Assembly (NCBI GenBank): GCA_963722985.1
Contig: CAVROZ010000010.1
Location: 14,341-78,340 of the forward strand
Direction: 5' to 3'
From: Candidatus Acidiferrales bacterium
Lineage (GTDB): Bacteria > Acidobacteriota > Terriglobia > Acidiferrales > UBA7541
Length of the DNA stretch: 64,000 bases
Shown: piece by piece, positions 51,194 through 61,052 of the stretch
Layout of the letters: each line of letters opens with the position of its first letter
Numbering within the stretch: position 1 is the stretch's first letter
Notes under the pieces: model-generated
What the model was told of the DNA's origin: nothing
The model's input: only the letters and a program-made list of their open reading frames with translations
The model's database searches: none
Made by a program: the position numbers and the translations under genes

Positions 51194-52042
51194 ATGTTTC
51201 CAATGACTCATACACGTGAAATCGCGATTGGTTCACTGCGCCTTGGTGGCAGCAATCCACTGTTCCTGATCGCCGGTCCGTGTGTCATTGAGTCCGAATC
51301 TCATGCCCGCATGATGGCGGAGCGCGTTGCAACAATTGCCGCAGACAAAGGCGTGCCTTATATCTTCAAGGCTTCCTACGACAAGGCGAATCGGTCTTCG
51401 ATCAAGGCATTCCGGGGACCGGGGCTCGGCGAAGGGTTGCGCATTCTCGGCAAAATCAAAACTGAGACCGGGTTACCTATCCTGGTCGACATTCACGAGA
51501 CTGCTCAGGCCGCTCCTGCCGCGGAGGTCGCAGACATCCTGCAAATTCCGGCTTTTCTTGCGCGGCAGACGGATCTGCTTCTTGCCGCGGCGAAAACCGG
51601 ACGCATCGTCAATATCAAGAAGGCGCAGTTTCTTTCGCCGTGGGATATGGGAAACGTCGCGGAAAAAGTCGCTTCCTGCGGCAATCGCAACATTATTTTC
51701 ACGGAGCGTGGCGCTTCCTTCGGTTACAACAATCTGGTCGTTGATATGCGCTCGTTTCCCGTCCTTCAGAAATTCGGCTATCCCGTTGTGTACGATGTCA
51801 CCCATTCGGTGCAAACTCCGGGCGGCTTAGGTCACGCGAGCGGTGGGCAGCCGGAGTTCATAGAAACGCTTGCCCGGGCAGGTGTTGCAGCCGGTGTCGA
51901 CGGCCTGTTCCTTGAAACTCACGACAATCCTGCGGCAGCCCTCTCCGATGGTGCCAATGCCTTGCCGCTCGCGGAACTGCCGCAACTCCTCTCGCGCGTA
52001 AAGGAACTTTCCGCCCTTGTTCGCCGCTGGAGCGTAGCGTGA
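51194..52042 (+). CDS. kdsA: KDO-8-phosphate synthase
   Basis: [45 protein letters not shown]. Start may be 51203. Confidence 0.97.
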   Translation: MFPMTHTREIAIGSLRLGGSNPLFLIAGPCVIESESHARMMAERVATIAADKGVPYIFKASYDKANRSSIKAFRGPGLGEGLRILGKIKTETGLPILVDIHETAQAAPAAEVADILQIPAFLARQTDLLLAAAKTGRIVNIKKAQFLSPWDMGNVAEKVASCGNRNIIFTERGASFGYNNLVVDMRSFPVLQKFGYPVVYDVTHSVQTPGGLGHASGGQPEFIETLARAGVAAGVDGLFLETHDNPAAALSDGANALPLAELPQLLSRVKELSALVRRWSVA

Positions 52043-52172
52043 GCGTTTCAAGCTTCGCAACCCGCCTTCTCTTGGAACTACGCCCCTGGGCGATTGCGAT
52101 CGAGCCGTGCTGGGCCCCCAAAAGGAGTGGGCCGTCTGGAGTCACTTGTCATGAGCGACCGGTGACGTCTCG

Positions 52173-53135
52173 ATGAGTCTTGATTCTGCTCGTCGGGTGT
52201 TGCGCATTGAAGCAACAGCCATTGCCGATCTTCTTGCTCGTCTTGACTCTTCGTTCACTCGCGCCGTTGACTTGTTGTACGGGTGCAAGGGGCGCGTCGT
52301 GGTCACCGGGATGGGCAAGTCCGGACTGATTGGCAGGAAAATTTCCGCGACGCTTTCCAGCACGGGCACGCCTTCCTTTTTTCTCCATGCTGCCGAGGCG
52401 TTGCATGGAGATTTAGGAATGCTGGCTCGCGGCGATTCCCTTCTGGCCATCAGCTACGGAGGAGAGACGCCCGAGATTCTCAATCTTCTTGAGGCTCTCA
52501 AGCGATTTGAAGTCCCGATCGTCACGATGACCGGCAATCCCAAGTCGACGCTTGCGGGTGCCAGCGAGGTCGTGCTGGACGCCAGCGTCAAGGAAGAGGC
52601 TTGCTCCTTGAATCTCGCTCCGACGGCGAGTACTACCGTTGCCATGGCGCTTGGGGATGCGTTGGCGGTCGCTCTGCTCGAGCGCAGGGGATTTCAGACT
52701 GACGATTTCGTCGCGCTTCATCCCGCCGGCAGGCTCGGCAAGAAGCTGCTTCGTGTCGAACACTTCATGCATGCAGGCGATGCGCTTCCGCGAGTCTCGC
52801 CGGAAACGCCGATGCCGGCCGTGTTCCATGAAATGTCGGCGAAGAAACTTGGCATGACGACCGTGACGACTGCCGACGGAAAGCTCGCGGGTATCCTCAC
52901 CGATGGTGACCTTCGGCGACTCATGGAAAAACATGGCGGCGCCACGCTCTCCATGGCGGCCGGCGACTGCATGGTAAGGACGCCACAGATCATTGGCCCC
53001 AGCTTGCTCGCGAGCGAAGCTCTGAACCTAATGGAAAAGAAAAAGATTACTTCCATCGTCGTGGTCGATCCTGCTTCGCAAAGAGTCTTGGGCGTAGTCC
53101 ACCTTCACGACTTGTGGACGCTGGAACTCATTTAG
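52173..53135 (+). CDS. kdsD: Arabinose-5-phosphate isomerase (KpsF/GutQ; SIS + CBS)
   Basis: TGMGKSG, EALHGDLG, APTASTT, HPAG and a CBS pair. Confidence 0.96.
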   Translation: MSLDSARRVLRIEATAIADLLARLDSSFTRAVDLLYGCKGRVVVTGMGKSGLIGRKISATLSSTGTPSFFLHAAEALHGDLGMLARGDSLLAISYGGETPEILNLLEALKRFEVPIVTMTGNPKSTLAGASEVVLDASVKEEACSLNLAPTASTTVAMALGDALAVALLERRGFQTDDFVALHPAGRLGKKLLRVEHFMHAGDALPRVSPETPMPAVFHEMSAKKLGMTTVTTADGKLAGILTDGDLRRLMEKHGGATLSMAAGDCMVRTPQIIGPSLLASEALNLMEKKKITSIVVVDPASQRVLGVVHLHDLWTLELI

Positions 53136-53179
53136 CAGGCGAAGAGCCGCGCCCGCCTGCAGCGTATGCTGTTCTAGCG

Positions 53180-53460
53180 GACGAGTTTGTGGTGGCTGTT
53201 TCGACGGCCTTCTGGCTGAACGCTTCGATTTCCGGCGTCGCACGCGAAGCGGCGCGGGCGGGCCGTTGGCTCGGTCTGCAATCATGGCTTTTGGGCCATG
53301 AAGAATCTCCGCGTCGCCACCCGGTAAAGTCTTCCATCCGCTTCTCCCAACGGTCGGCGAGTTCCTGCGCCTTCGGACCCGCGGGATCTTCGCGGAGGGA
53401 TGCTTCGACCTCCGCGTACAGATCGCATGAATCCTTATTGGCTTGTTCGAGGGATTCCGG
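53180..53460 (-). pseudogene. Decayed TipAS (MerR/TipA C-terminal antibiotic-binding) domain
   Basis: EQANKD..LYAEVEASLREDPAGPKAQELADRW..FTG, then a +1 shift near 53321 to GDAEIL..AMIADRAN, then a return to the first frame with ATPEIEAFSQKA. Confidence 0.6.
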
Positions 53461-53596
53461 GGAAAGCTGATTTCTGCGCGCCGCGACCAAGATGCCAGGC
53501 GCAAGCCGTGTTGCCACGAAGTCTGGAAGAATGGATGTACCCGAGTGCCACGGCATTCCTGCTAAACTTTACGACTTGCTTGCACCGGAGGGTCAC

Positions 53597-54154
53597 TTGG
53601 CTAGTAGCCCGAAAGTTTCTCCTGCTCTTAAGAAACGCGCCGCCCAGATCAAAGTCCTTTTGATGGATGTCGACGGAACTATGACGGATGGAGCGGTTAC
53701 GCTGCTGTCGCAGCGTGATGGCTCGGCGCTCGAAATCAAAACGTTTGACGCCCATGACGGCCAGGGGCTCACCCTCGCGCACACTGCAGGGTTGCGAACC
53801 GGGTGCATCACGGGGCGCGAGAGCCCCGCACTGCTTCGCCGCGCTAACGAAATGAAAATGGAGTTTATCTACATGAAGCAGGCGGCCAAGATACCGGCTT
53901 ACGAGGAAATCCTCGGCAAAGCGGGCGTTTCCGATTCCGCCGTAGCTTATGTGGGCGATGATCTTCCCGACCTGCCTATCCTGCGTCGCGTCGGACTTGC
54001 CGTCGCCGTTGGCGATGCTGTTCCGGAGGTCAAAAAGGCCGCGCACTTCATCACTCCTTCGGCCGCCGGGCGCGGCGCCATTCGAGACGCCATTGAGCTC
54101 ATCCTCAAGTCGAAGGGCATCTGGGAAGAGATGATCGACAAAGCCCGTGCGTGA
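53597..54154 (+). CDS. kdsC: KDO-8-phosphate phosphatase (HAD)
   Basis: DVDGTMTDG, DGQG, YVGDD.PD, GRGAIRD. TTG 53597 with GGAGG RBS. Confidence 0.93.
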   Translation: MASSPKVSPALKKRAAQIKVLLMDVDGTMTDGAVTLLSQRDGSALEIKTFDAHDGQGLTLAHTAGLRTGCITGRESPALLRRANEMKMEFIYMKQAAKIPAYEEILGKAGVSDSAVAYVGDDLPDLPILRRVGLAVAVGDAVPEVKKAAHFITPSAAGRGAIRDAIELILKSKGIWEEMIDKARA

Positions 54155-54157
54155 TTC

Positions 54158-54520
54158 CTAGGATTTCTTGCCCGCCCGGAAAACACCAAAGGGAATGCCT
54201 TCGGGATCCTGCAGAATGCTGACTTCATCGCCGCTGGGGATCAGTTGCGGAGGAAAAATGACTTTGCCGCCCGCCGATTCCACACGCCGGACATAAGCCG
54301 CTACATCATCGACGCGTATGAACAATTGCACCATGCTGTGTCCTTCCGCGGGAATCTGCCAGATCGCACCAGGGATTCCTTCGGCGGTCCCGGTTTCCAC
54401 GGCGCGGCTGCCGAGCGCATCTGGCGGCCAGACATTCCAGTCAAAAATGGAAGCGTAGAATTCGGCGAGTTTCGCCGGTTGCTTGCTGAGGATTTGCCAG
54501 TACATTACGGGTTGTCCCAT
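54158..54520 (-). CDS. VOC/glyoxalase family protein
   Basis: FYASIFDW, FIRVDDV..GG.V, DPEGIPFGV. Confidence 0.85.
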   Translation of the reverse strand: MGQPVMYWQILSKQPAKLAEFYASIFDWNVWPPDALGSRAVETGTAEGIPGAIWQIPAEGHSMVQLFIRVDDVAAYVRRVESAGGKVIFPPQLIPSGDEVSILQDPEGIPFGVFRAGKKS

Positions 54521-54719
54521 TCCGCTTTCCCCCTGTCTGATCCGGCTCTAGCACTCTCATATCACGTCTGCGTCGTGTCGATGGAGAGGTTTTTTGGTCG
54601 TTCTTGGTTCTACGGTAGAGGGAAATCCTGAGGCATGAAGATCTTGAGCTACGGCTTGACTTCCCACGACTGTGGTTACAGACTCTGCGGCACTAGCGCT
54701 AAACAGGAGAGTATCCTTC

Positions 54720-55130
54720 ATGCGAATTAACTACTTGGCTGTTTTCGTAGCTGCTATCGCTTACTGGATTCTTGGGGCGCTCTGGTATGGTGTGGCCTTC
54801 AGCAAGCCTTGGATGGCGCTCGAACACATGAGCGCCGAGCAGGCGCAAAGCATGAATCCGGTGCTTCCTTATATCATTACGTTCTTGCTCAATCTGGTGA
54901 TTGCGGCTGCCATCGGGTTGATTTGTGTTTGGCGCAACGCGAACACGTTTGGTCGGGGAGCGTCGGTCGGCGTCCTTCTTTGGATCGGAATTGTTGGCCC
55001 GGTGACCTTCACGACCTATATGTATGAAATGCGGCCGTGGCAGCTCTTCGCCATCAATGAGTTCTACCCATTGTTTGGATTCGTGTTGATGGGAGCCATC
55101 CTCGGCGCGTGGACGAAGAAGATTGCCTGA
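54720..55130 (+). CDS. DUF1761-like membrane protein
   Basis: INYLAVFVAA..GALWY..F.K.W; four TM segments; AGGAG RBS. Confidence 0.82.
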   Translation: MRINYLAVFVAAIAYWILGALWYGVAFSKPWMALEHMSAEQAQSMNPVLPYIITFLLNLVIAAAIGLICVWRNANTFGRGASVGVLLWIGIVGPVTFTTYMYEMRPWQLFAINEFYPLFGFVLMGAILGAWTKKIA

Positions 55131-55207
55131 GTTTCTTGTGCTTAGGTTTTCCGGAGCTCTCAGGCGATAATGGACGGGTACAAATTCCGTAGCGAGGCCC
55201 CGACCTG

Positions 55208-55756
55208 ATGCACCCATGGCACGACGTTTCACCGGGGAAAGAACTGCCCCGTGATTTTCAGGCGCTGATCGAAATTCCGCTGGGCTCGAATGTCAAATAT
55301 GAGCTGGACAAAGCCAGCGGTTTGTTGAAAGTCGACCGCATCATTCATTCAGCCGTTTACTATCCTGCAAATTACGGTTTCATCCCGCAAACGTACGCAG
55401 AGGACAATGATCCTCTCGATGTGCTGGTGCTGTGCCAGGAGGCCGTTCAGCCGCTTGCTCTGATCAAGGCACGGGCGATTGGCGTCATGACCATGATCGA
55501 TTCGGGCGCGAGCGACGACAAAATCATCGCCGTTGCCACCAACGATCCCGAATATAGCGAATATATCGAAGCGCGCGACCTGCCTCCGCACCGGCTGCTG
55601 GTCGTGAAGCGTTTCTTTCAAGACTACAAACAGCTCGAAGGCAAGCAGGTTCAGGTCGAGGACATTCGTCCAGCCTATGCTGCCATCACGGTTATTGAGA
55701 AGGCTCTTTTGCGGTACAAGGCGCTGCGCGACGACCTCCGCGCCGCGCATATCTGA
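55208..55756 (+). CDS. ppa: Inorganic pyrophosphatase (family I)
   Basis: HPWHD, KYELDK, YPANYGF, DNDPLDV, DDKIIAV, FFQDYK. Confidence 0.96.
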   Translation: MHPWHDVSPGKELPRDFQALIEIPLGSNVKYELDKASGLLKVDRIIHSAVYYPANYGFIPQTYAEDNDPLDVLVLCQEAVQPLALIKARAIGVMTMIDSGASDDKIIAVATNDPEYSEYIEARDLPPHRLLVVKRFFQDYKQLEGKQVQVEDIRPAYAAITVIEKALLRYKALRDDLRAAHI

Positions 55757-55766
55757 TCCGAAACCT

Positions 55767-56471
55767 ATGCCGATCGCCCTCAAATGGACTCTGATTTCAC
55801 TGGGCTTGTCTCTGGTTGCCCTCTATGCACTGCTGAGCTGGATGGCGGGCGGACCGAAAGACGCGCTTTACATGATCCGGTACGCCTTGCCGCACATGAG
55901 TCGTGGCAAGCTGAAGGTGGGCGAGCAGGCGCCGGATGCGCGACTGGTGGCGCTCGATGGCTCGACGAGGTTCCATATTCGCGAAAGAACGGCTCGAAGG
56001 CCGCTGGTGCTGGTCTTCGGCAGCTTTACTTGACCACCCTTCCGTCGCCAGGTTGGTGACATCGAGCAACTCTACACTGACTACAAGGACCACGTTGATT
56101 TCTTGACGATTTACATCCGCGAAGCACATCCGACCGACGAGTGGATGATGAAGTCCAACGAAAAAGGGAAAGACAACGTTTGCTATAAGCAACCGAAGAC
56201 GATTGCAGATCGTGTAGCCATCGCGAACGATTTTACGCAGCGTTACAAATTCACTGTTCCGTTTGGCATCGATGAGATGTCCAATGCCGCGAATGACGCA
56301 TATGCGGCATGGCCGGAACGGCTATATGTGATTGACGAGAACGGGCAAATCTCCTACAAAGGCGGCAATGGGCCATTCAAGTACGATCCGAAGGAACTTC
56401 GCGCGTGGCTTGCGAAGCGCTACGGCGAAGTAAAGCACCCGATGCCCGCAACTACGGAGAAGAAAAGCTGA
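55767..56471 (+). CDS. Iodothyronine-deiodinase-like selenoprotein (UGA = Sec at codon 89; 234 aa), N-terminal TM anchor
   Basis: ORFs 55677-56033 and 56103-56471 are in one frame, separated only by TGA 56031-56033. Readthrough gives RPLVLVFGSFT-U-PPF..DFLTIYIREAHPTDEW..AYAAWPERLYVI..YKGGNGP..ELRAWL, which are DIO-family motifs. Confidence 0.88.
56044..56060 (+). promoter_or_regulatory. Bacterial SECIS hairpin
   Basis: GUCGCCA-GGU-UGGUGAC starts 10 nt after the UGA. A G-led apical loop 17 nt from the UGA resembles the E. coli fdhF SECIS (GCAGGUCUGC). Confidence 0.75.
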
Positions 56472-56477
56472 ACAGAT

Positions 56478-57296
56478 TTGGCTTTTGTTCGCAGTTATAG
56501 TCCATTCGATGCGGTTGTGAAAAAAAACAAAAACATTTCGCGAGGTCGCTCAAGCGCCAAACCCGTGGGAATGGCACGGGCGCTCTCAAAATTCGGCTAC
56601 TGTTCGCGGTCGCAGGCGGCCCGGCTCGTTCGCGAAGGACGCGTGCGTCTGAACGGCGCGGTGACGAAAAATCCGGAGGCTCCTGTTCGTCTTGCGAAGG
56701 ATCGTATCCATGTGGACGGGCAGTTCCTCGGAGCAGCAGAGAAGATCTATCTCGTGTTGAATAAGCCTCGCGGCATCGTCACTACCGCGTCCGATGAAAA
56801 AGGCCGCGACACGGTCTATTCCCTGTTGCCTTCGAACCCTCCGTGGATTTCGCCGGTCGGTCGACTGGATCAAGCCAGCGAGGGTTTGCTGCTCCTCACC
56901 AACGATTCCGAATGGGCCGCACGTATCACCGATCCTGCTTCGCGTCTCGACAAGCTATACCATGTTCAGATCGGCGCACTAGCCGATGACCAAATGTTGC
57001 GAGCTCTCGAACGCGGAATCGAGGTCTTGAAGGGCGAGATGCTCAAAGCGAAGCGCGCTACGATTCTGCGTTCCGGAGAAAACCATTGCTGGCTGGAAAT
57101 CATCCTCAATGAGGGGAAGAATCGACAAATTCGGCGGGCGCTCAAGGCGCTCGGAGTCGAGGTGCTAAGACTGATTCGGGTTTCGATAGGACCGGTGACC
57201 TTGGGTGAGCTGGCGAAAGGGGCTCATCGAGTTCTTCGCGCCGAAGAAAAGGCGGCGCTTGACAGCGTTTTGCGGCGGGTGCGCACGACTCTGTGA
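56478..57296 (+). CDS. rRNA pseudouridine synthase (RsuA/RluB family, S4 domain)
   Basis: CSRSQA S4 domain, LNKPRG, VGRLD (catalytic Asp), GLLLLTND, EGKNRQIRR. Start uncertain. Confidence 0.93.
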   Translation: MAFVRSYSPFDAVVKKNKNISRGRSSAKPVGMARALSKFGYCSRSQAARLVREGRVRLNGAVTKNPEAPVRLAKDRIHVDGQFLGAAEKIYLVLNKPRGIVTTASDEKGRDTVYSLLPSNPPWISPVGRLDQASEGLLLLTNDSEWAARITDPASRLDKLYHVQIGALADDQMLRALERGIEVLKGEMLKAKRATILRSGENHCWLEIILNEGKNRQIRRALKALGVEVLRLIRVSIGPVTLGELAKGAHRVLRAEEKAALDSVLRRVRTTL

Positions 57297-57340
57297 AGCG
57301 AGGCACCCCTCAGCAGAGCATCCCTTACAGAGAATATTCG

Positions 57341-59509
57341 CTATTTTTCGAGTTCGCTGGTGCCGTAGATGGGAGAGTCCTTGGGGATGGGTTCATTCCA
57401 GATGTAGTGATTGAACCAATCCAGATTCGACTGTGCCAGGGCGCGGATCGACTTCGGCTTGTTCACACCGTGTCCGAAGCCCGTATAGAGCACCATGCGA
57501 GATTCGACGCCCTGGTCCTGCAATCCGCGATATAGCTCGTAGCTGTCCGGCACGGGAACGCGCTTGTCGTTACTTCCCTGCTGAATCAATGTGGGGGTTT
57601 TGGCCTGTTTGATGGTGGTAATGGGCGAGGTCTTGGCGTAAATCTCCGGATCGTCCCACGGCGTTGCGTGGAGATACTGCTGGGTGAACGGCGTGATGTC
57701 CGTGTTGACGTAGTAGGTCATCCAATCACTGATACCGGCGCCCTCGGAAATAGCTTTGAAGCGGTCCGTATGCGTGGTCAAGAACGAGGAGATGTAACCG
57801 CCTTCCGACCAGCCCATTGCGCCCATTCGATTCGGATCGACCACGCCTTTGGCAATCAGGGAATCCACACCGCTCATCACGTCCCACGTGTCGCCAATGC
57901 CGAGGTTCCGCACGTTCAACGCCCGAAATGCTGCGCCATAGCCGGCGCTGCCACGGTAATTTGGCTCGAGCACGAGCGCGCCTCTTGCGAGGAACTGTTG
58001 CAGCGGATAGGCATAGTTGGCAGGAGCGAGCCGCGGCTGTGAGGTCCCCGTGGGCCCGCCATGAATCATCACTAGCAACGGATACTTGCGCGACGGATCA
58101 TAGTCGGCCGGTTTGTAGAGTACCCCTTCAATCTCTGCTCCATCCGTGCTCTTCCAAGAGAGCACTTCCGATCTTCCTAAGTTCCAATCTTTCACCTGTG
58201 CGGTCATGTCGGTCAGCTTCTTCGGTGAGAAGTTAGCTACCGAAGAGACAAATAACTCGCGCATGTGCGTTGGATCTTCGATCATGAGGGCCACTGTCTT
58301 GCCATCCGGCGTGAAGGAAGCCTCTTCGACGAGCAGCGCGTCGGGCGAGGTGATGCGCTGTATTTCGCCTGTTTGCGAATTAATGCGGAACAGGTGCGAG
58401 TTGGTCCTTTGCTCAGCCGCGAAATAAATGCCGTCTGGTCCCCAATTCATCGCGTAGGGGTCCTCGTCGAATTTCGTGGTCATGTCGCGAACGTCCGCGG
58501 GGGTACTGGCCGGTTTGCTCAAGACGGTGGCTATGTCGACGACGGCGATGTGGCCGTTCGCGTAATAGAAATACCGCTGCGCGAGGGCCGTCTGAAAGGC
58601 CAACGACTTTCCGTCCGGAGAAAAGATCGGCGAGGAATCAGGCCCGGCGAGCGCAATAATTTTCTTGAAGGAATCGTCCTTCGCAAGATCGAGGAGATAA
58701 ATATCCTGATTGCCGGCGAACGAGAAGAACGGGTTGTTCGAGGCGCTGAAGGCGATTTGCTTCGAATCAGGAGACCAGGCGAAGCTGGTGACGTTCAGAG
58801 AAAGGTCCGTCATCAGACGCTTCGCCGCTTGCGGCAAGTCGTTTTTCTCCGCTTCCGTGACGTCGACCGACCACAATTGATTCTGCCGGTAGTCTTTCTC
58901 GAATACATCGTAGTCGCTGTACTTTTCCTTGCGATCCTTGCTGGCTTTGCTTTCCGGAGCATTGGCCGTGAACGCAATGTATGTGGAATCCTTCGACCAA
59001 TGATATTCGCCAATGTCGGACTCTGATTTGGTCAGTTGCCAGGCCTCTCCACCTTCGGGCGAGATCAGCCAGATTTGCGTTCCTGCCGGTTTGCCTTCTC
59101 CTTCTTTCTTGTCTTCCTTTTTCTCGTCCTTCTTTTCGTCTTTTTTCTCTTCCGGTGGCGCTGGTTCGATTGCAGCCGGCTCCCGTTCGGTCGTGAACGC
59201 CAGCCACCGCCCGTTTGGAGACCAGTCCGCTCCGCCCGCCGATTTCTTGCCATGGGTGAGCTGAATGCTTTTGCCTGTGGCGACGTTTACCAGCCAGATC
59301 TGGCTGACGAATTCGTTGTCTTTCCAATTCGCTTGTTGCACCTGGTAAGTGACGAACTGGCCGTCGGGCGAGATCTTGGCATCGCCGATCGACTTCAAAC
59401 TCAGCGTCTCTTCGATTGTCGGAGTGTGCTTCGCTTGCCCGCGCGCGATTCCGGGCAGAATCATTCCCGCCGAAGCCATGATCCCCGCGACGAGCATTCC
59501 TGGTTTCAC
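57341..59509 (-). CDS. Secreted S9 family peptidase (acylaminoacyl/dipeptidyl peptidase-like)
   Basis: PD40/WD-like propeller (WSPNG, WSKDS, WSPDS), IHGGP, NYRGS.GYG, GWSEGG, D..VP, GH. Confidence 0.93.
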   Translation of the reverse strand: MKPGMLVAGIMASAGMILPGIARGQAKHTPTIEETLSLKSIGDAKISPDGQFVTYQVQQANWKDNEFVSQIWLVNVATGKSIQLTHGKKSAGGADWSPNGRWLAFTTEREPAAIEPAPPEEKKDEKKDEKKEDKKEGEGKPAGTQIWLISPEGGEAWQLTKSESDIGEYHWSKDSTYIAFTANAPESKASKDRKEKYSDYDVFEKDYRQNQLWSVDVTEAEKNDLPQAAKRLMTDLSLNVTSFAWSPDSKQIAFSASNNPFFSFAGNQDIYLLDLAKDDSFKKIIALAGPDSSPIFSPDGKSLAFQTALAQRYFYYANGHIAVVDIATVLSKPASTPADVRDMTTKFDEDPYAMNWGPDGIYFAAEQRTNSHLFRINSQTGEIQRITSPDALLVEEASFTPDGKTVALMIEDPTHMRELFVSSVANFSPKKLTDMTAQVKDWNLGRSEVLSWKSTDGAEIEGVLYKPADYDPSRKYPLLVMIHGGPTGTSQPRLAPANYAYPLQQFLARGALVLEPNYRGSAGYGAAFRALNVRNLGIGDTWDVMSGVDSLIAKGVVDPNRMGAMGWSEGGYISSFLTTHTDRFKAISEGAGISDWMTYYVNTDITPFTQQYLHATPWDDPEIYAKTSPITTIKQAKTPTLIQQGSNDKRVPVPDSYELYRGLQDQGVESRMVLYTGFGHGVNKPKSIRALAQSNLDWFNHYIWNEPIPKDSPIYGTSELEK

Positions 59510-59739
59510 TTTTCCTCCTTGCGTTGCCGGTTCGAGTCTACCCGCAAAGCGCTAACGGGTGATACGAAAGCCATTTTCCATAGGTTTCCTCGCTCGCGCG
59601 TTTTCTTACAAACGATAGAGCGGTTTTGAACGCCCCCTCATGGCCGAAGCGAGCGGGACTTTGACCTGTTCTTTTTGTACAAAGGCTCACCGATTTCACA
59701 CGCATCTTCTCAAAAACCTGTTAGAGTAGGTAATTGACC

Positions 59740-60606
59740 ATGAGCTTCCTTTCTTTCCTGAAACAAGACAGAACTTTTTCTCAACCCGTCAATTGGGGCG
59801 TAACCACCATCATGATCGCGCTGCATCTGTGCGCGCTCGCGGCCGTTTTCTTCTTCACATGGAAAGCATTTGTCCTGTGTATCGCGATGTGGTGGGTTGG
59901 CGGCAGTTTGGGCATTGGCATGGGCTACCACCGCTTGCTCACGCACCGTGGCTACAAGACACCGAAATGGATGGAATATTTCCTTACCACGTGCGGCACG
60001 TTGGCCATTGAAGGCGGTCCAATCGCGTGGGTGGCGACTCACCGCATCCATCATCAGAACACCGATAAGGAAGGCGACCCACACTCGCCACGAGATGGAG
60101 GCATCTGGGCGCACATGGGTTGGATTATCACGGGACGCGCGATGCACCGGGACCGCTCAGAATTGCTACCTTACGTCCCCGACCTCCGCAAGGACAAGTT
60201 TCATCTGTGGATCAGCAAATGGCACGTCATTCCTTCGGTCGTGCTTGCCATCGTTTTTTATGCGATCGGTGGCTGGCCGTGGGTCTTTTGGGGAGTTTTT
60301 GTACGCACCGTAATGAGTCTGCATTTCACCTGGCTGGTAAATTCCGCCACGCATATCTGGGGTTCGCAACGGTTTGATACCGGCGACACTTCGACGAACA
60401 GCTTGTGGGTCGCGATTCTGACCTTCGGCGAAGGCTGGCACAATAATCATCACGCTCAGCCGCAAGCAGCCCGTCACGGTCACAGATGGTATGAAGTGGA
60501 CATGAACTGGTACGGCATCTGGACTTTACGCACGCTTGGCCTGGCCTGGGACATCAAGATGCCGAAACTTCAGACCGATACGAGCCCAGGACGCTTAGCT
60601 GCCTAG
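59740..60606 (+). CDS. Acyl-CoA/acyl-lipid delta-9 desaturase
   Basis: His boxes HRLLTH, HRIHH and HNNHH; GEGW; DPHSP. Confidence 0.95.
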   Translation: MSFLSFLKQDRTFSQPVNWGVTTIMIALHLCALAAVFFFTWKAFVLCIAMWWVGGSLGIGMGYHRLLTHRGYKTPKWMEYFLTTCGTLAIEGGPIAWVATHRIHHQNTDKEGDPHSPRDGGIWAHMGWIITGRAMHRDRSELLPYVPDLRKDKFHLWISKWHVIPSVVLAIVFYAIGGWPWVFWGVFVRTVMSLHFTWLVNSATHIWGSQRFDTGDTSTNSLWVAILTFGEGWHNNHHAQPQAARHGHRWYEVDMNWYGIWTLRTLGLAWDIKMPKLQTDTSPGRLAA

Positions 60607-60700
60607 TCCCAAGAAATCTTCAGAATCTCCTGAAACTTCAGCAAGAACATTGTGTCCTAAAACAGCAGTAGTCTTCCGCACTTTGTGGTGGAGAGGGGCT

Positions 60701-60953
60701 ATGGTATTTTTTGTGCGCATACTGTTTGCGGCCGCGTTCTTCGGTCATTTCGGGCCTGCGGCGTGACTCAGACGAGGACGGCGCCAGCGGTGACGCAGGC
60801 AGCAACCTCCTCTCCTCTTTGGCGGAGTTCTGGTGCTGCCAAAGCGCATTTTCCAACGGCGAACCGATCGCTTCTGACCTAGAGTTCACATTGCGGGTTG
60901 ATCGGAAGGCGCTCCAATTTGAGCCTCGCATCGCTCGCCAAACAACTTTGTGA
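60701..60953 (+). pseudogene. Possible frameshifted remnant of a secreted protein
   Basis: Strong RBS and signal-peptide-like MVFFVRILFAAAFFGHFGPAA stop at TGA 60764. The +1 frame continues DSDEDG. Confidence 0.3.
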
Positions 60954-61052
60954 CGACCGCCATCTGGGTCCGGATCTCCAGAACAATCAGCTGATTTCTA
61001 TTGGCTTTTGCTGCGACCGACTTAAAGCCCGCGGACGCTGACCCGTCTCTCG

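Noticed and set aside
60764-60766. Second possible Sec UGA
   Set aside because: No redox motif or SECIS-like hairpin, and another in-frame TGA follows nine codons later.
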